64,000 bases of DNA from a virus (IMGVR_UViG_3300035670_000055:51493-115492); one strand, 5' to 3'; positions 18,971 to 29,759 are shown, counted from the stretch's first letter. A program made the numbers and translations. The notes: generated by a model not told the origin, from the letters alone.

Positions 18971-21241
18971 TTAAATTAATTGTTCTAATGTTTCTTCTGT
19001 TATTTTTTCAGAATTGTATTGATTTAAATTTAATTTAATTTTATTATATTTAAATAAATCTCTAAATACAGAAATTAATTGCGAATTATCTCCATAAGTA
19101 AACTGTTTTGATAAATAATTAATGAATGTATGTTTTTCTAATAATTCATTCATTTTTACATATTTATTGTAAATAGAATAATCAAATAAATTATGTTCTT
19201 TTGCTACAGAATACATAGCATCTAATACTTCTGAACTTAAATATTGATAAATATTTTTTCTTCTATAATTTTGTAATTCATTTAATGTTTGTTGAAATTC
19301 AGTAGATAATTCACTAAATTTATAACTATTATTAAACAAATTATTGTTTTTGCTAATTAATTGAGAAATTAAATTAGCTGTAATTATTCTTTTAAATGGT
19401 GCGTTATTTCCTTCCATAAATTTATCATAAGACATTAAATTGTGAATATTTAAAGTTTCTATTATTTGAAATTCTTTTTTTGAAAATGTAATTAATTTAA
19501 TATTATTTTTTGAAGTTATTGGAAATAATTTATCTAATTTATGTCTATTTTCATATTCTTCATAAATAAATAGTCCTGGATTTTTGTAAACCTCATTTAA
19601 TTTTAAAATGAAAGGTTCAAATTTACAATTTTTTCCATATACATCTCTTAATAGATTAGTTGCAATTTTACAAGAAACTTCTCCTTCTAATTTATTTGCT
19701 CTAACAGAAACAACATTAGTTTTTACTCTTTGTTTTTTTCTTGCATCTAGCCATTCTTTAGGAATTTCTGGATTATAATAATCTTTTGAAATATATTCTT
19801 CTAATTTTTGTTTTAACAATTGAAATTCTTTAATATGAGTTCTCCAATCTTCTCTAGGAACACTTTTTAAATTTAAAATATTATAATAAGTATTTAATGT
19901 TCCAGAAAATGTATTACTATATTCTCTATTAGGAAACAATTTAAAACTTTTTGTTTTCTTTATAAAATATATTTGTTTATAATTAGAAGAACTTTCTCTA
20001 ATGTAATCTTTTAAATTTTTAGGAAAACTATCAATTACATACAATTGTTTACCAAACAATCTACTTAAATAAATAGTTTCATTATATTTAGATTGTGAAA
20101 TTCTATTATTATATAATGTATACTTAACTTCCCAATCTCTAAATAAAGAATCGTTTATAATTTTAAATAAATGTCTTAAATTAATGTTTTCAATTCCTTC
20201 TACAGATGGTTCTTTTACTTTTTCTTTAGAATAAATTATTAAGCCTTCTATTGAATATTTTGAACCATTTAATTCTATAGATTTATTATATCCTTGATAA
20301 TAATCATAAATAAGCTTTAAATTATTCATTTCAGATATTTGAGAATTGTATAGCTTAATTATTTCTGTTGCTACTAATTCTATTTTATCTAAAATTATTT
20401 TTTTAGTCTCTTCAGTATATCTAATTGCTTCTCTATTTGGAGTTGGAAATAATCCATCAGATAATCCAAATCTTAATCCTATAGGAAAAGAAATTGATTT
20501 AATTCCTAATTTAGCAAAATCAATAGGATAATACACATCATCTAAACAAATGTGTAAATAATTATCTGTAGAAATATTAGATAATTGATAATGCTCATTT
20601 CTAAGAATTTTAAAAGAGTTATCTATATCAGGAACATTAAAGTACACATTTTGAAAATATGCTAATTGCTCTTTAATTTTATTTTTAAAACTATAATGAT
20701 CAGAATATTTAACAGGAACAATAACTTTAACACCATTTTCTTCTGTAGTTTCAGATTCATATAATAAATCTATAGTGTTTACATCTTCTCCTTCATACAT
20801 CATATATTTTCTTTCAATTCCATTTTTTCTAGCTATAAAATAAAATGTAGAAGAATATGCTAATGGTGCTTTGAATCCTAAACCAAACATTCCCAATTCA
20901 TTATTACTCATTCTTTTAGTAGATTTACCATATTTGGAAATAATATTCTCTACATCATCTGCATCTAAACCAAGACCAAAATCTTCAACAGAAAACTCAT
21001 AATTTCCATTTACATTTTCTAGAGACACAATAATTGGTTTATCTACTCCTGCTCTTCTATGAGAATCTAATGCGTTACTAGCAGTTTCTCTAATTGTAGA
21101 ACCTATAGAATCTGAATAAAGATTTTTACTTAACATCTGCATTAAAATTTGTGCAGAATCTAAGTCTAGAGTCATTCCGATTGATTGTTGTGTTTCTCCT
21201 TCAAATAATACATTTGCTTCTTTTTGTTTTTGTAATATCAT
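18971..21241 (-). CDS. rIIA: rIIA-like protein (N-terminal GHKL ATPase)
   Basis: LYSD..IRETASNALDSH, DFGLGL, YGKSTKR, GMFGLGFKAPLAY; adjacent to rIIB. Confidence 0.88.
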   Translation of the reverse strand: MILQKQKEANVLFEGETQQSIGMTLDLDSAQILMQMLSKNLYSDSIGSTIRETASNALDSHRRAGVDKPIIVSLENVNGNYEFSVEDFGLGLDADDVENIISKYGKSTKRMSNNELGMFGLGFKAPLAYSSTFYFIARKNGIERKYMMYEGEDVNTIDLLYESETTEENGVKVIVPVKYSDHYSFKNKIKEQLAYFQNVYFNVPDIDNSFKILRNEHYQLSNISTDNYLHICLDDVYYPIDFAKLGIKSISFPIGLRFGLSDGLFPTPNREAIRYTEETKKIILDKIELVATEIIKLYNSQISEMNNLKLIYDYYQGYNKSIELNGSKYSIEGLIIYSKEKVKEPSVEGIENINLRHLFKIINDSLFRDWEVKYTLYNNRISQSKYNETIYLSRLFGKQLYVIDSFPKNLKDYIRESSSNYKQIYFIKKTKSFKLFPNREYSNTFSGTLNTYYNILNLKSVPREDWRTHIKEFQLLKQKLEEYISKDYYNPEIPKEWLDARKKQRVKTNVVSVRANKLEGEVSCKIATNLLRDVYGKNCKFEPFILKLNEVYKNPGLFIYEEYENRHKLDKLFPITSKNNIKLITFSKKEFQIIETLNIHNLMSYDKFMEGNNAPFKRIITANLISQLISKNNNLFNNSYKFSELSTEFQQTLNELQNYRRKNIYQYLSSEVLDAMYSVAKEHNLFDYSIYNKYVKMNELLEKHTFINYLSKQFTYGDNSQLISVFRDLFKYNKIKLNLNQYNSEKITEETLEQLI

Positions 21242-21252
21242 GTCTTCTAAGT

Positions 21253-21474
21253 TTAATAAAGTGATTCAATTAATTCTTCTTTTGTTGTAAATATTTGTTC
21301 TTCATAAAATTTTGGACTGTTTCCATTATATCCATTTATAGTATACGCATCCTTGTATCTAAAACTTTTCCCTACTGAACCAGGAATAACTACATCAATA
21401 ATACATTTTATAGGTTTATTATCAATCATTATCCATACAGTTTGTCCTGGATTAAATTTTGTTTCTATTTTCAT
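21253..21474 (-). CDS. Hypothetical protein
   Basis: IETKFNPGQTVW...IFTTKEELIESL, a recurrent small phage family. Confidence 0.65.
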   Translation of the reverse strand: MKIETKFNPGQTVWIMIDNKPIKCIIDVVIPGSVGKSFRYKDAYTINGYNGNSPKFYEEQIFTTKEELIESLY

Positions 21475-21484
21475 AATATAAAAT

Positions 21485-21784
21485 TTAATTATTTTCTCTT
21501 TTTACTAATAATATATCTCTGTTATTTAAATCCTGATAAACAATTGAATCATGTTTAGTTACATCTGTTTCAAAAATATTTATATTCATTTTTTTGCCCC
21601 ATTTAGACACATGATGTTCTTGTTTTATAGAACATTTTACATTTGTATAATAATTTCCCCAATTATTTGTTTTTACTTTAGGAAGTTTTATTACTTTTAA
21701 ATATTTCAAATTAGAATAAGAGGAGATGATTATTTCATCTCCTATTTCTAATTCACTAACTTTAATTAATTTTAGTTCATTCAT
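21485..21784 (-). CDS. Hypothetical protein
   Basis: ORF track. Confidence 0.6.
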   Translation of the reverse strand: MNELKLIKVSELEIGDEIIISSYSNLKYLKVIKLPKVKTNNWGNYYTNVKCSIKQEHHVSKWGKKMNINIFETDVTKHDSIVYQDLNNRDILLVKRENN

Positions 21785-21799
21785 AATTATTATTAATTA

Positions 21800-22522
21800 T
21801 TAAAATGGCATATCGTCATGCAGCCATTCAATTGTTACATTGTGATTTTCTTGTAATATTTTATCAATCTTTCCAAACACACCTTCTGTTTCCCATTCTG
21901 TATGTGTATAACTGGCAGAAGCTGGATGAGGTAATTCAAAAGACCAATTAAATATAGGTAGATATTTTTTTAGCTTTGCTGCTTCTTTTCCTAAAAATAT
22001 AATAGGTACTCTTTCTACATCAAATATATTTTCAAATATATATTTCATAAATGGCTCCCATATATCCAAATGAGAGCCTGCTTTATTTATTTCTGTAGTA
22101 AGAGCAGCGTTAAGCATCAAAACTCCCTGTTTTGCCAAGTATGATACATCTGGATCAAGAATATGATATAAATCTTTACTTTCATAAAGTTCTTTATCTA
22201 TACCATTATAAAATTGTTCTAATGTAGGTTGTAATTTACCTGTTTTAGAACAACCCATAAGTAATCCATCTGCTATACATTCTTTATTAAAAGAAGCTGT
22301 GTGGTAAGGACACATTCCAATTAACACTACTTTCAAATCTGATAATTTTGTTTCTTTAAAACATCTAAATACATCAGAAGAATTAGGTGCAATTTTCTTT
22401 CCCCTAGCAGATTCTTTTTTTAAAAATGCATATATTTTATCACATTCTTCACTTTCTATAAATGGTTTTATTATATTATGCCAACTTTCATCAAATTGAT
22501 GAGAAAATTTATTCCAATCCAT
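21800..22522 (-). CDS. ung: Uracil-DNA glycosylase (family 1-like)
   Basis: LKVVLIGMCPY, ADGL, AKQGVLMLNAALT, GSH..W, HPAS. Confidence 0.88.
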   Translation of the reverse strand: MDWNKFSHQFDESWHNIIKPFIESEECDKIYAFLKKESARGKKIAPNSSDVFRCFKETKLSDLKVVLIGMCPYHTASFNKECIADGLLMGCSKTGKLQPTLEQFYNGIDKELYESKDLYHILDPDVSYLAKQGVLMLNAALTTEINKAGSHLDIWEPFMKYIFENIFDVERVPIIFLGKEAAKLKKYLPIFNWSFELPHPASASYTHTEWETEGVFGKIDKILQENHNVTIEWLHDDMPF

Positions 22523-23290
22523 TTAATCTACAAATAATTCTAATTGTTTATATTTTGCTCCCACTTCAATTTGTTTAGAAGGAAGAATAATTCCTGCTTG
22601 TTCTGTAAAGAATTTATGAACATTCATATGGTTTTCCATCCATAGTCTAGGATGAATTTCTTTCATAGAAAATGTTGTAAATTGATATAGTTCCCAAAGA
22701 CTTCCTTCTGCTCCATAATTATGAGTAGGCTTTTTAAGTTCTCTTTGAATAATATTTAATTGGGTACTTTGAATTAATTCTTCTTCCATGTATAATCTAC
22801 CAATAAGCTCAGAAATAACTCTTTTATCTACTTCAATTTGTTTCATAGCCTCTCTTTCTACCTGGATTCTTTTAAAAGCTTCTTCTGCAGATTTAATATA
22901 ATCTGTAATTGCTTGTGGTGTAAAAGTTTGAATTTCTCCTACATGTTTCTTTTTAAAAGCTCCAAAATCTCCTGATACCATTCCGTTCTGGCAGATTATT
23001 ATTTGAGTTCCCAATGCAAATTTTAATGTAAGTTGTTTATTATAACTGTTTTGCCAACCAATTTGCAGTTTCATTTCACTATCTGCTACATTACTAATTG
23101 TATATCTACCATTAGCAATATTACCTTCTTGTGCTGAACTATATAATTCAGTTTCTAATTTAAAACCAGATTTTTCAATTCCTGCCAATGTTAAATCAAT
23201 TAGTTGTTCGTGAGAAATTGGTTTATAACTTCTTGTTTCTTGTGGTAAAGGAGTTGATAATAACAATTCCTTTGTATAATTTGTGTTCAT
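22523..23290 (-). CDS. DUF932-like protein
   Basis: YKPISH, NSYNK, ICQNG, KKH, SLWELYQFTT. Confidence 0.7.
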   Translation of the reverse strand: MNTNYTKELLLSTPLPQETRSYKPISHEQLIDLTLAGIEKSGFKLETELYSSAQEGNIANGRYTISNVADSEMKLQIGWQNSYNKQLTLKFALGTQIIICQNGMVSGDFGAFKKKHVGEIQTFTPQAITDYIKSAEEAFKRIQVEREAMKQIEVDKRVISELIGRLYMEEELIQSTQLNIIQRELKKPTHNYGAEGSLWELYQFTTFSMKEIHPRLWMENHMNVHKFFTEQAGIILPSKQIEVGAKYKQLELFVD

Positions 23291-23294
23291 ATTA

Positions 23295-23513
23295 TTAATT
23301 TATATTATACTTTTTACTAAAATAATTAACTACTTCTGGTATATATTTTTTATAATAAGGTTGATTGTCTATACACCATTCTTTTAATTGTTTTTTATTT
23401 TCAAATTTTTTTATGTACGAATTGTTTTCCATAATCATTTTAATAGATGGTTCTAGTTCATTTACAAAATCTTGAACTGTCCATCCTTCCCATACATGTC
23501 TGTCTAGATTCAT
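23295..23513 (-). CDS. Hypothetical protein
   Basis: ORF track. Confidence 0.6.
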   Translation of the reverse strand: MNLDRHVWEGWTVQDFVNELEPSIKMIMENNSYIKKFENKKQLKEWCIDNQPYYKKYIPEVVNYFSKKYNIN

Positions 23514-23529
23514 AATAATTCTTTTTGTT

Positions 23530-24261
23530 TTAAATAATTTTATTTCCTTTATTAATATTTCCGATATACTCTACTCCATCAATAACAGTTGTTACAGCAA
23601 ATAAAGGTTGTAAGTTAGTATAATGAAAACATATTTTCTGTTGTTCTTCGTTTGTTAAATCAAATGAAGAACATGGTAATATATGGTCTACATGCCATAA
23701 CTTACCATAATTTTCCCAGGTCATTGTTGGAAGAAATTTAGATTCTAAGTAAGCCTTTAGTTCTTTAAAGGAACATCCTAATAATTTTGTAGTTTTTGTT
23801 GATTTTTTACTGTTAGAATTTTTAATTGCGTATATTATTCGATGTCTCATATTATATGCTAATCTAAAATTAATATCATTTTTTAACCTACTTTTAATAT
23901 AATATTGATTGTATTTAGGATTATTTTTTCTAAATTCTTTAGAAGCTTGCTTATGTTTTTCTGGATTTTTCCAGTAGTAATTTTTATTATATTCAGGATT
24001 ATTCTTATAAAAATTATCTCTGTATTGTTTATGATACTCTGGATTTTTATTAATCCACTTTTCTTTTATTTTTTTCCTCTTCTCTGGATTTTGTAAATTC
24101 CATTGTTTTATTCTTTCATATGTTTTTTCTTTATTTTTTTGAACATATTTTTTAGAAAGAAGCTTGTGACAAGATTTACAACAATAAATAGGATTCCCTT
24201 TTTTAAAATAATACTCAGAAATAGGCTTTGATTCCTTACATACATTGCATAATTTTTCCAT
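23530..24261 (-). CDS. HNH homing endonuclease (N-terminal zinc finger, NPE/K repeats)
   Basis: CNVC..CKSC; LLGCS..MTWENYGKLWHVDHILPCSSFDL..CFHYTNLQPL. Confidence 0.85.
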   Translation of the reverse strand: MEKLCNVCKESKPISEYYFKKGNPIYCCKSCHKLLSKKYVQKNKEKTYERIKQWNLQNPEKRKKIKEKWINKNPEYHKQYRDNFYKNNPEYNKNYYWKNPEKHKQASKEFRKNNPKYNQYYIKSRLKNDINFRLAYNMRHRIIYAIKNSNSKKSTKTTKLLGCSFKELKAYLESKFLPTMTWENYGKLWHVDHILPCSSFDLTNEEQQKICFHYTNLQPLFAVTTVIDGVEYIGNINKGNKII

Positions 24262-24291
24262 ATACTTATATTTTATATAAATATATGTAAA

Positions 24292-25305
24292 TTATTTGAA
24301 ACTACCAAATAATCTTTTTTTTATGAAATGACTTTCCAATTCTCGTAAACCCTTTTCTTTACCCCAGTCAGCAAAATCTTTTATATCTGGAAGCAAATCA
24401 TCAGGAGGATTAATATGTCTAAATCCAAAAGATTGTGTTATATCAAAACTTGCTTTTTTTCCAGGTTCATCAGAATCGCCTCCATAAAATACTTCTTTAG
24501 AGTTGTTTCTAATAAATTCTACAGTTTCATCACTTAATGCAGCAGTACTTTCATTTTGAATATGGCATACATACGGATAAACTTTTTTACATACCATATA
24601 ATCTTTTAAAGATTTACAAATTAATGTATTTTTATTTGGTCTTAAATTCTCTAAACCTTTAACTGTAGTTAATGGTACATTTGATAGCCACTTGCCTCTT
24701 TTATTTGTACTGTAAGGACGATAAATTTTCCAATGTCCATCATATAAATAACCAAAAGTTAATTCATAAGGATTAGTATAAAATAATTGTTTATTTAAAT
24801 ACACTTTATCTACAGAATAAACATTTTCTTTCCTGAGATCTTCTATATCTATGTGATAACTATTCCAATATTCTAATTCTTGTTTTGTAAATTTTTTAGT
24901 TTTTACTTGAATTAATGAATATCTTTTTATAGACTCTTCTGGTTGTTTATATTGCTTTACAATTTCTTTGTATTTATTCACATTTTCTTTAGAAGATATA
25001 CCAAGACCAAAATCATTATCAATTTTAACTAACACATCATTCATTGTAGAAAGATTAAATAAACATTTAACAAAATAAAAACAATCCCCTCTTAAAGAAG
25101 TTTCTGCAAAATCAATAAATGATATTTCTCCATATTTATTTCCAATAACAAAAGAAGGGTGATTTTCATTTCTAAAAGGAGAATATGTAACTGTATTTAA
25201 TCTCCAATCTTTTTCTGGCATATAAAATTTAAAAATATCAAATGCTGAAATTTTAGATAATATAGTTTCTGGAGTGAGTGCTGTTTTTTTAGATCCTTTT
25301 ATCAT
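24292..25305 (-). CDS. DNA primase (TOPRIM)
   Basis: SPFRNENHPSF, KIYRP, KSLKDYM, QNES, DSDEPG, KDFAD. Confidence 0.85.
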   Translation of the reverse strand: MIKGSKKTALTPETILSKISAFDIFKFYMPEKDWRLNTVTYSPFRNENHPSFVIGNKYGEISFIDFAETSLRGDCFYFVKCLFNLSTMNDVLVKIDNDFGLGISSKENVNKYKEIVKQYKQPEESIKRYSLIQVKTKKFTKQELEYWNSYHIDIEDLRKENVYSVDKVYLNKQLFYTNPYELTFGYLYDGHWKIYRPYSTNKRGKWLSNVPLTTVKGLENLRPNKNTLICKSLKDYMVCKKVYPYVCHIQNESTAALSDETVEFIRNNSKEVFYGGDSDEPGKKASFDITQSFGFRHINPPDDLLPDIKDFADWGKEKGLRELESHFIKKRLFGSFK

Positions 25306-25321
25306 ACTTATAATAATAAAA

Positions 25322-25342
25322 AATCCCTCATTCCTGAGGGAT
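25322..25342 (-). terminator. Terminator-like hairpin
   Basis: ATCCCTCA-loop-TGAGGGAT followed by T-tract on minus strand. Confidence 0.55.
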
Positions 25343-25350
25343 ATTATTAA

Positions 25351-26220
25351 TTAATAATCATCACCATCACTTGATAATGGTTCATTTGAAGCAACAAGAT
25401 TCATATCTGGATTATAATCTTGCAAATCTTTTAATAAGAAAAAGTCTTTACAACCATACTCTCCAGTGAGTTGTAAAACAAATTTTTCATGAGGTTTTAA
25501 ATCTTTTGGTTTTTTAGCTTTTAGCTGTTCTAGCACTTCTTTATTATCATAATCTACTAGTCTAAAATTTTTAAGACTATATGCTGGTAAAAATGCTTTG
25601 TTATAAATTCCTTGATATTCTTTAACTTCTCCATCTTTTTCTCTAGAAATAATTGTAGCAAGAGCAACAACATTTGTAGACCATTCTCCATTAATTTGTT
25701 CTGTTAAATCTCTAAGATTACCTCTCATTAATTTTTTCCATTCTAATTGAAGAACAGTGTCTGCGTCTCTATAATCAAGATTACCTAACCACGTTCTTAA
25801 GAAATTATAAAAATCTTCTTCTCCAACATAAGCCTCTCTATATTCTCTGGATTTAAACCAATCAGGAAGATTGTTTTCATCGTCTGCCCAAGAACAAACT
25901 CCTACATTATTAATATATTGTTTTTTAGTTCCATCTTTATTTTCTCTAACTTTATCTTCTAGAAAAAATGTAGTTTTAAATCTATTTTCATCTTTTACAT
26001 CTTCTAACCAAATATCAACTCTCAAATAATCATTTCCATCATTATTTGTTCCTAAATATTCTGTAGCTTTACTATCTTCTTTTAATTCAATGTTTAATAA
26101 GTTTTTGTATTGTTCTGCTGTTGGATTAATAGCAATCACCTTTGCTTCAAATAATCCTACTTTTTTTGAATAATCACTGTTTTCTGTGTTTTCACGTTTT
26201 TTACCTCCGATTGACGACAT
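25351..26220 (-). CDS. Putative single-stranded DNA-binding protein
   Basis: Between AAA ATPase and primase; acidic C-terminus (SSDGDDY). Confidence 0.5.
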   Translation of the reverse strand: MSSIGGKKRENTENSDYSKKVGLFEAKVIAINPTAEQYKNLLNIELKEDSKATEYLGTNNDGNDYLRVDIWLEDVKDENRFKTTFFLEDKVRENKDGTKKQYINNVGVCSWADDENNLPDWFKSREYREAYVGEEDFYNFLRTWLGNLDYRDADTVLQLEWKKLMRGNLRDLTEQINGEWSTNVVALATIISREKDGEVKEYQGIYNKAFLPAYSLKNFRLVDYDNKEVLEQLKAKKPKDLKPHEKFVLQLTGEYGCKDFFLLKDLQDYNPDMNLVASNEPLSSDGDDY

Positions 26221-26254
26221 AATAATTTTGGTTTTTAATTGTTAATTTTAATTT

Positions 26255-26557
26255 TTATTCTGTTAAAGTTACCCATTCATATGAAATTACTTCTTTTTTC
26301 TCTACTCTAATAAGTTCTGAAAATTCTTCTTCAAATCCATATTCACTATCCCACAAAACTTGATTTGTTTTCCATGTACCTAAATACTGCTCAAAGTCTT
26401 CTATATCAGGAAAATATTTTTTATGTTCTTCTTTGAATTCAATAATATCTTCTCTCCAGAAACCACTTCCTCTTCTGTGATCTTGTATACTATCTATTGC
26501 AAATTCAGTTATTTCATCAAATAGTAACGGTTCTTCTTTATAAGTTACTTTGTTCAT
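26255..26557 (-). CDS. Hypothetical acidic protein
   Basis: ORF track. Confidence 0.6.
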   Translation of the reverse strand: MNKVTYKEEPLLFDEITEFAIDSIQDHRRGSGFWREDIIEFKEEHKKYFPDIEDFEQYLGTWKTNQVLWDSEYGFEEEFSELIRVEKKEVISYEWVTLTE

Positions 26558-26590
26558 AATTTTAATTATAATATTCTTTAATTTTATTTA

Positions 26591-27415
26591 CTAATTGTAT
26601 ATTGATTCCCAATAAGTTTTTAATGTTTCATCTTTATTTGCTTTAGAAATAAGAATTCTTCCTTTTAATTTAGGACTTCTGCTTCCTGCAATAATACTAT
26701 CATTTAAAACATCGAAGTTTAAATATCTTTCATCTCCATCTGCTACAAGTTTACATAATGCAGTAACTTTTGATGCAAAAATAGTTTTTAATTTTCCAGT
26801 TAGTGATATTTCACTTCCTACGACTTCCTCTTTTCCATTATCTTTAATATATTTATCAGCTACGTGAGCAGCATAAATTCTATAAGGACTAATTTGTCTA
26901 AAGAATTCTATTTGTTGTAAAAACCATTGTCTTGTATGCATATATCCTGCACCATCTGGAAGAGTTAACACAGATTTCCATAAAGGATCTGTAGGCAGAT
27001 AAGGTTCTTTACTTGGATCTGAATTAGGTCTATTAAATTTTTTCCCTAATATACTTTTTTGATAAGCAATTGTTCCTCCAATTTCAGAAAGATCATCTAA
27101 ATCAGAAAGTCCATCAATAATTAAATAATCATATTTCCCAGAATTTTCTAATAATAATTTTCTAATTTTTAAATAATTTTGATAACTTTCCCATCTTGTT
27201 GTATTTTGGAATTCATAAGTAGAAATTTTTCTTGCAGGAATATATTCATATCCTCCTTTTTCTAAATCTAAAATTAAAGCATTATATTTTTTAGTAAATT
27301 CTCCTAATATAGTACCTTTTCCAATTTTTGGTTGTCCAATAATTACTAAATCTCTAGGAGGAGCTTGTTTTTCTACCTGAACTATATCTTCAGGCAATTT
27401 AAATTCTTCTGTCAT
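26591..27415 (-). CDS. AAA_24 / Sak4-like ATPase
   Basis: GQPKIGKGT, ILDLEKG, LIIDGLS, GAGY, AAHV. Confidence 0.85.
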   Translation of the reverse strand: MTEEFKLPEDIVQVEKQAPPRDLVIIGQPKIGKGTILGEFTKKYNALILDLEKGGYEYIPARKISTYEFQNTTRWESYQNYLKIRKLLLENSGKYDYLIIDGLSDLDDLSEIGGTIAYQKSILGKKFNRPNSDPSKEPYLPTDPLWKSVLTLPDGAGYMHTRQWFLQQIEFFRQISPYRIYAAHVADKYIKDNGKEEVVGSEISLTGKLKTIFASKVTALCKLVADGDERYLNFDVLNDSIIAGSRSPKLKGRILISKANKDETLKTYWESIYN

Positions 27416-27417
27416 GT

Positions 27418-27693
27418 TTATAAATATTCTTTTTTAAATTCTTTTAATGTTGTTATTTTTATTTCTTGTCCTTCGTTTAATGCTTCCCAGGCTTCTAATG
27501 ACATTGTTAAATGTGCTACATGATTTTTTCCTATTCCTATGTTAATACTAATTGATTCTGTTCCATATACAATAGAATAGTTTTCTTTATTTACACTAAC
27601 ATAAGTTTTAGGACTAATTTTAATTTCTTTTCCTAATTTTTTAAATTTTAGAATTTCTTGAGAAATCACTTTTTTTGGAGATAAATTTTCCAT
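27418..27693 (-). CDS. Hypothetical protein
   Basis: ORF track. Confidence 0.6.
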   Translation of the reverse strand: MENLSPKKVISQEILKFKKLGKEIKISPKTYVSVNKENYSIVYGTESISINIGIGKNHVAHLTMSLEAWEALNEGQEIKITTLKEFKKEYL

Positions 27694-27721
27694 AAATTTT
27701 TACTTTTTATAATTAATTCTC

Positions 27722-27753
27722 CAAATTTACAAAAATCTTTTCATTTTTACAAA
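27722..27753 (-). promoter_or_regulatory. Bacteroidota sigma-A promoter
   Basis: TTTG (-33), 20-nt spacer, TAAATTTG (-7) on minus strand. Confidence 0.65.
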
Positions 27754-28074
27754 TTAATTTTTATTATTATAAATTTCGTTTGCTTTTAATATCGCTGCTT
27801 CAGTAGCTTCTTTTCTATCAAAAAACACATCGTTATCCTTACAAACGTAATTCACTGTACTTTCTCTTTCTTGATAAATACTTGCATCAAAACCTCTATT
27901 GTAATTTCCCATAGTGTCAAATTCAACTGAAATCATAATATAAATTCCGACTGAATCAAACCACTCAATTATTTGAGCAATTTGACATACTTCGCTATAA
28001 TTTCTTTTAAAATATATTTCGTGACATCCGCTAAATTCAAGGAAGTCATCTTTTGTTTTTTCTGTTAGTATCAT
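27754..28074 (-). CDS. Hypothetical protein
   Basis: IIEWFDSVGIYI...RKEATEAAILKANEIYN, a recurrent Flavobacterial phage family. Confidence 0.65.
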   Translation of the reverse strand: MILTEKTKDDFLEFSGCHEIYFKRNYSEVCQIAQIIEWFDSVGIYIMISVEFDTMGNYNRGFDASIYQERESTVNYVCKDNDVFFDRKEATEAAILKANEIYNNKN

Positions 28075-29162
28075 GTGTATTTAATTTTATTTTTAGGTAT
28101 TAATTCTAATGATTTATTGAGCCATTTGTTTTGAAAATCTTCTGTAGAAACAAATATATGTATATGTGAATGATCTGTGTCGTCAAGTAATGAACGTCCT
28201 ATCATTTGCTCAAGATTTTCTCCATTACTATTAATTGCTGTAATAAGAATATTTTGTAAATTAGGAAATGTTACGCCAGCAGAGGCTTTTTTCAATAAAC
28301 ATAATTGATTTATCTTACCAGATTGAAAATCTTTTAATACAGAATCATCTTTACTTTTACTATTAAACATTGGTAGATTATATTTAAGTCCTGTTTTTTC
28401 ATCAGAAGAAAATAAAATAAATCTTTCATTTTTATTTTGAGAAATCCATTTATTAACTTTTTCTATTAATGAATTACAAGAGTTAATAAATCTCATTCTT
28501 TCCAGAGAAGCAAACATTTTCTGTTGTCCTAAGAGCTTTAATATTCTGTTTCCTAATCTATTACATTCTTTCTTTTCTGTAGAATTCCATTTTTTTACTT
28601 TTCCAAATTGTATTATTTTAGAATTATCTAAATTATATCTATGAACATAAACAGTAAAATCACTAACTATACCATCTTTAATAGCTTCAGAAGTTGGATA
28701 ATTTACAATTAAATTTAATTTTGTATAAAATTTTATATCTGATAAAGTATCTTTATTATATGTTCCAGATGCAAATATGATATGTTTTGTATCTTGTGCT
28801 AGTTTCCCTGCTAAGGGTAGTTGATTTTCTTCTCCCAATAAATGAGCTTCATCTACAATTATATAACCCCATTCATTTTTTTCATCTGGAAAATAATTTA
28901 AAATCTTTACCATTGATGCAAATGTACAATATGTAATATTAGGATGATAATCTATTATGTCACATTCTTTTTCCCAGGATGATTTAATATCTATATTTGG
29001 ATAAAGAACTAACACTTTAGGATTTTTATTTTTAAAATATCTCTCAATTGTTTTTAATAATATTCTTGTCTTTCCACTTCTAACACTAGATAATACAATT
29101 CCTCTACAATTATTTTCTATAATTGTATTAATTATTTTTTCTTGTATTTCTGTTTTTGTCAT
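28071..29162 (-). CDS. Superfamily 2 (DEAH) helicase
   Basis: RSGKT, IIVDEAH, ASGT, QMIGR. Confidence 0.88.
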   Translation of the reverse strand: MTKTEIQEKIINTIIENNCRGIVLSSVRSGKTRILLKTIERYFKNKNPKVLVLYPNIDIKSSWEKECDIIDYHPNITYCTFASMVKILNYFPDEKNEWGYIIVDEAHLLGEENQLPLAGKLAQDTKHIIFASGTYNKDTLSDIKFYTKLNLIVNYPTSEAIKDGIVSDFTVYVHRYNLDNSKIIQFGKVKKWNSTEKKECNRLGNRILKLLGQQKMFASLERMRFINSCNSLIEKVNKWISQNKNERFILFSSDEKTGLKYNLPMFNSKSKDDSVLKDFQSGKINQLCLLKKASAGVTFPNLQNILITAINSNGENLEQMIGRSLLDDTDHSHIHIFVSTEDFQNKWLNKSLELIPKNKIKYT

Positions 29163-29395
29163 ATTATATTTTCTAAAGGATAGGCATTTAAAATAGACTC
29201 CATGTCTACTTGAGGGTTAATATCTGAGCTAAATTTAGGTTTGTTATAGGCTTGAGCTTTTTCACTAGCTTGTTTTAAAGCTTCTTGTACATGTATTTTT
29301 GCAAATTCTATCATCATTTCAAATATTTCTGGAGATTCTTCAATTTCCATATAATATTCTTCATTATTTTTTAAAAATTCTTCTGCTGTTATCAT
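29159..29395 (-). CDS. Hypothetical protein
   Basis: MIEFAKIHVQEALKQASEKA...SILNAYPLENI recurrent family. Confidence 0.65.
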   Translation of the reverse strand: MITAEEFLKNNEEYYMEIEESPEIFEMMIEFAKIHVQEALKQASEKAQAYNKPKFSSDINPQVDMESILNAYPLENII

Positions 29396-29519
29396 AATAA
29401 ATGTATATATTTTTTAATAAAATTAGAATAAGCTATTTTAAATGTACATTCTGGAAGAATGAAAATTGCTCCCATTAATAATATTGTCGCTATATATTTT
29501 CTAAATTCTTTTATCATAA

Positions 29520-29759
29520 TTATAAAATTTTAAATTGATGATCTAATAGTTTAATTTCTTCTTCAATTTCTTTAATTCTTTTAGATTTTATAAATTCTAT
29601 TTCATCTATTGATAAAGTAATAGAAGTTAACCAAGCATTCTCTGTTCCTGCTTTAAAGGAGTCAAATTTGGAAGAATCTTTTAATAAATTAAGTTTTTGC
29701 TTAAGAATATTAATTTTATCCCTTAAAATTATACCTTTTTCTAATTTTATTAAATCCAT
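29520..29759 (-). CDS. Hypothetical protein
   Basis: ORF track. Confidence 0.55.
   Translation of the reverse strand: MDLIKLEKGIILRDKINILKQKLNLLKDSSKFDSFKAGTENAWLTSITLSIDEIEFIKSKRIKEIEEEIKLLDHQFKIL

Noticed and set aside
2779-22522. Uracil-substituted or hypermodified genomic DNA
   Set aside because: dUTPase, ThyX and UDG indicate ordinary thymine DNA; no base-modification cluster is visible in the window.
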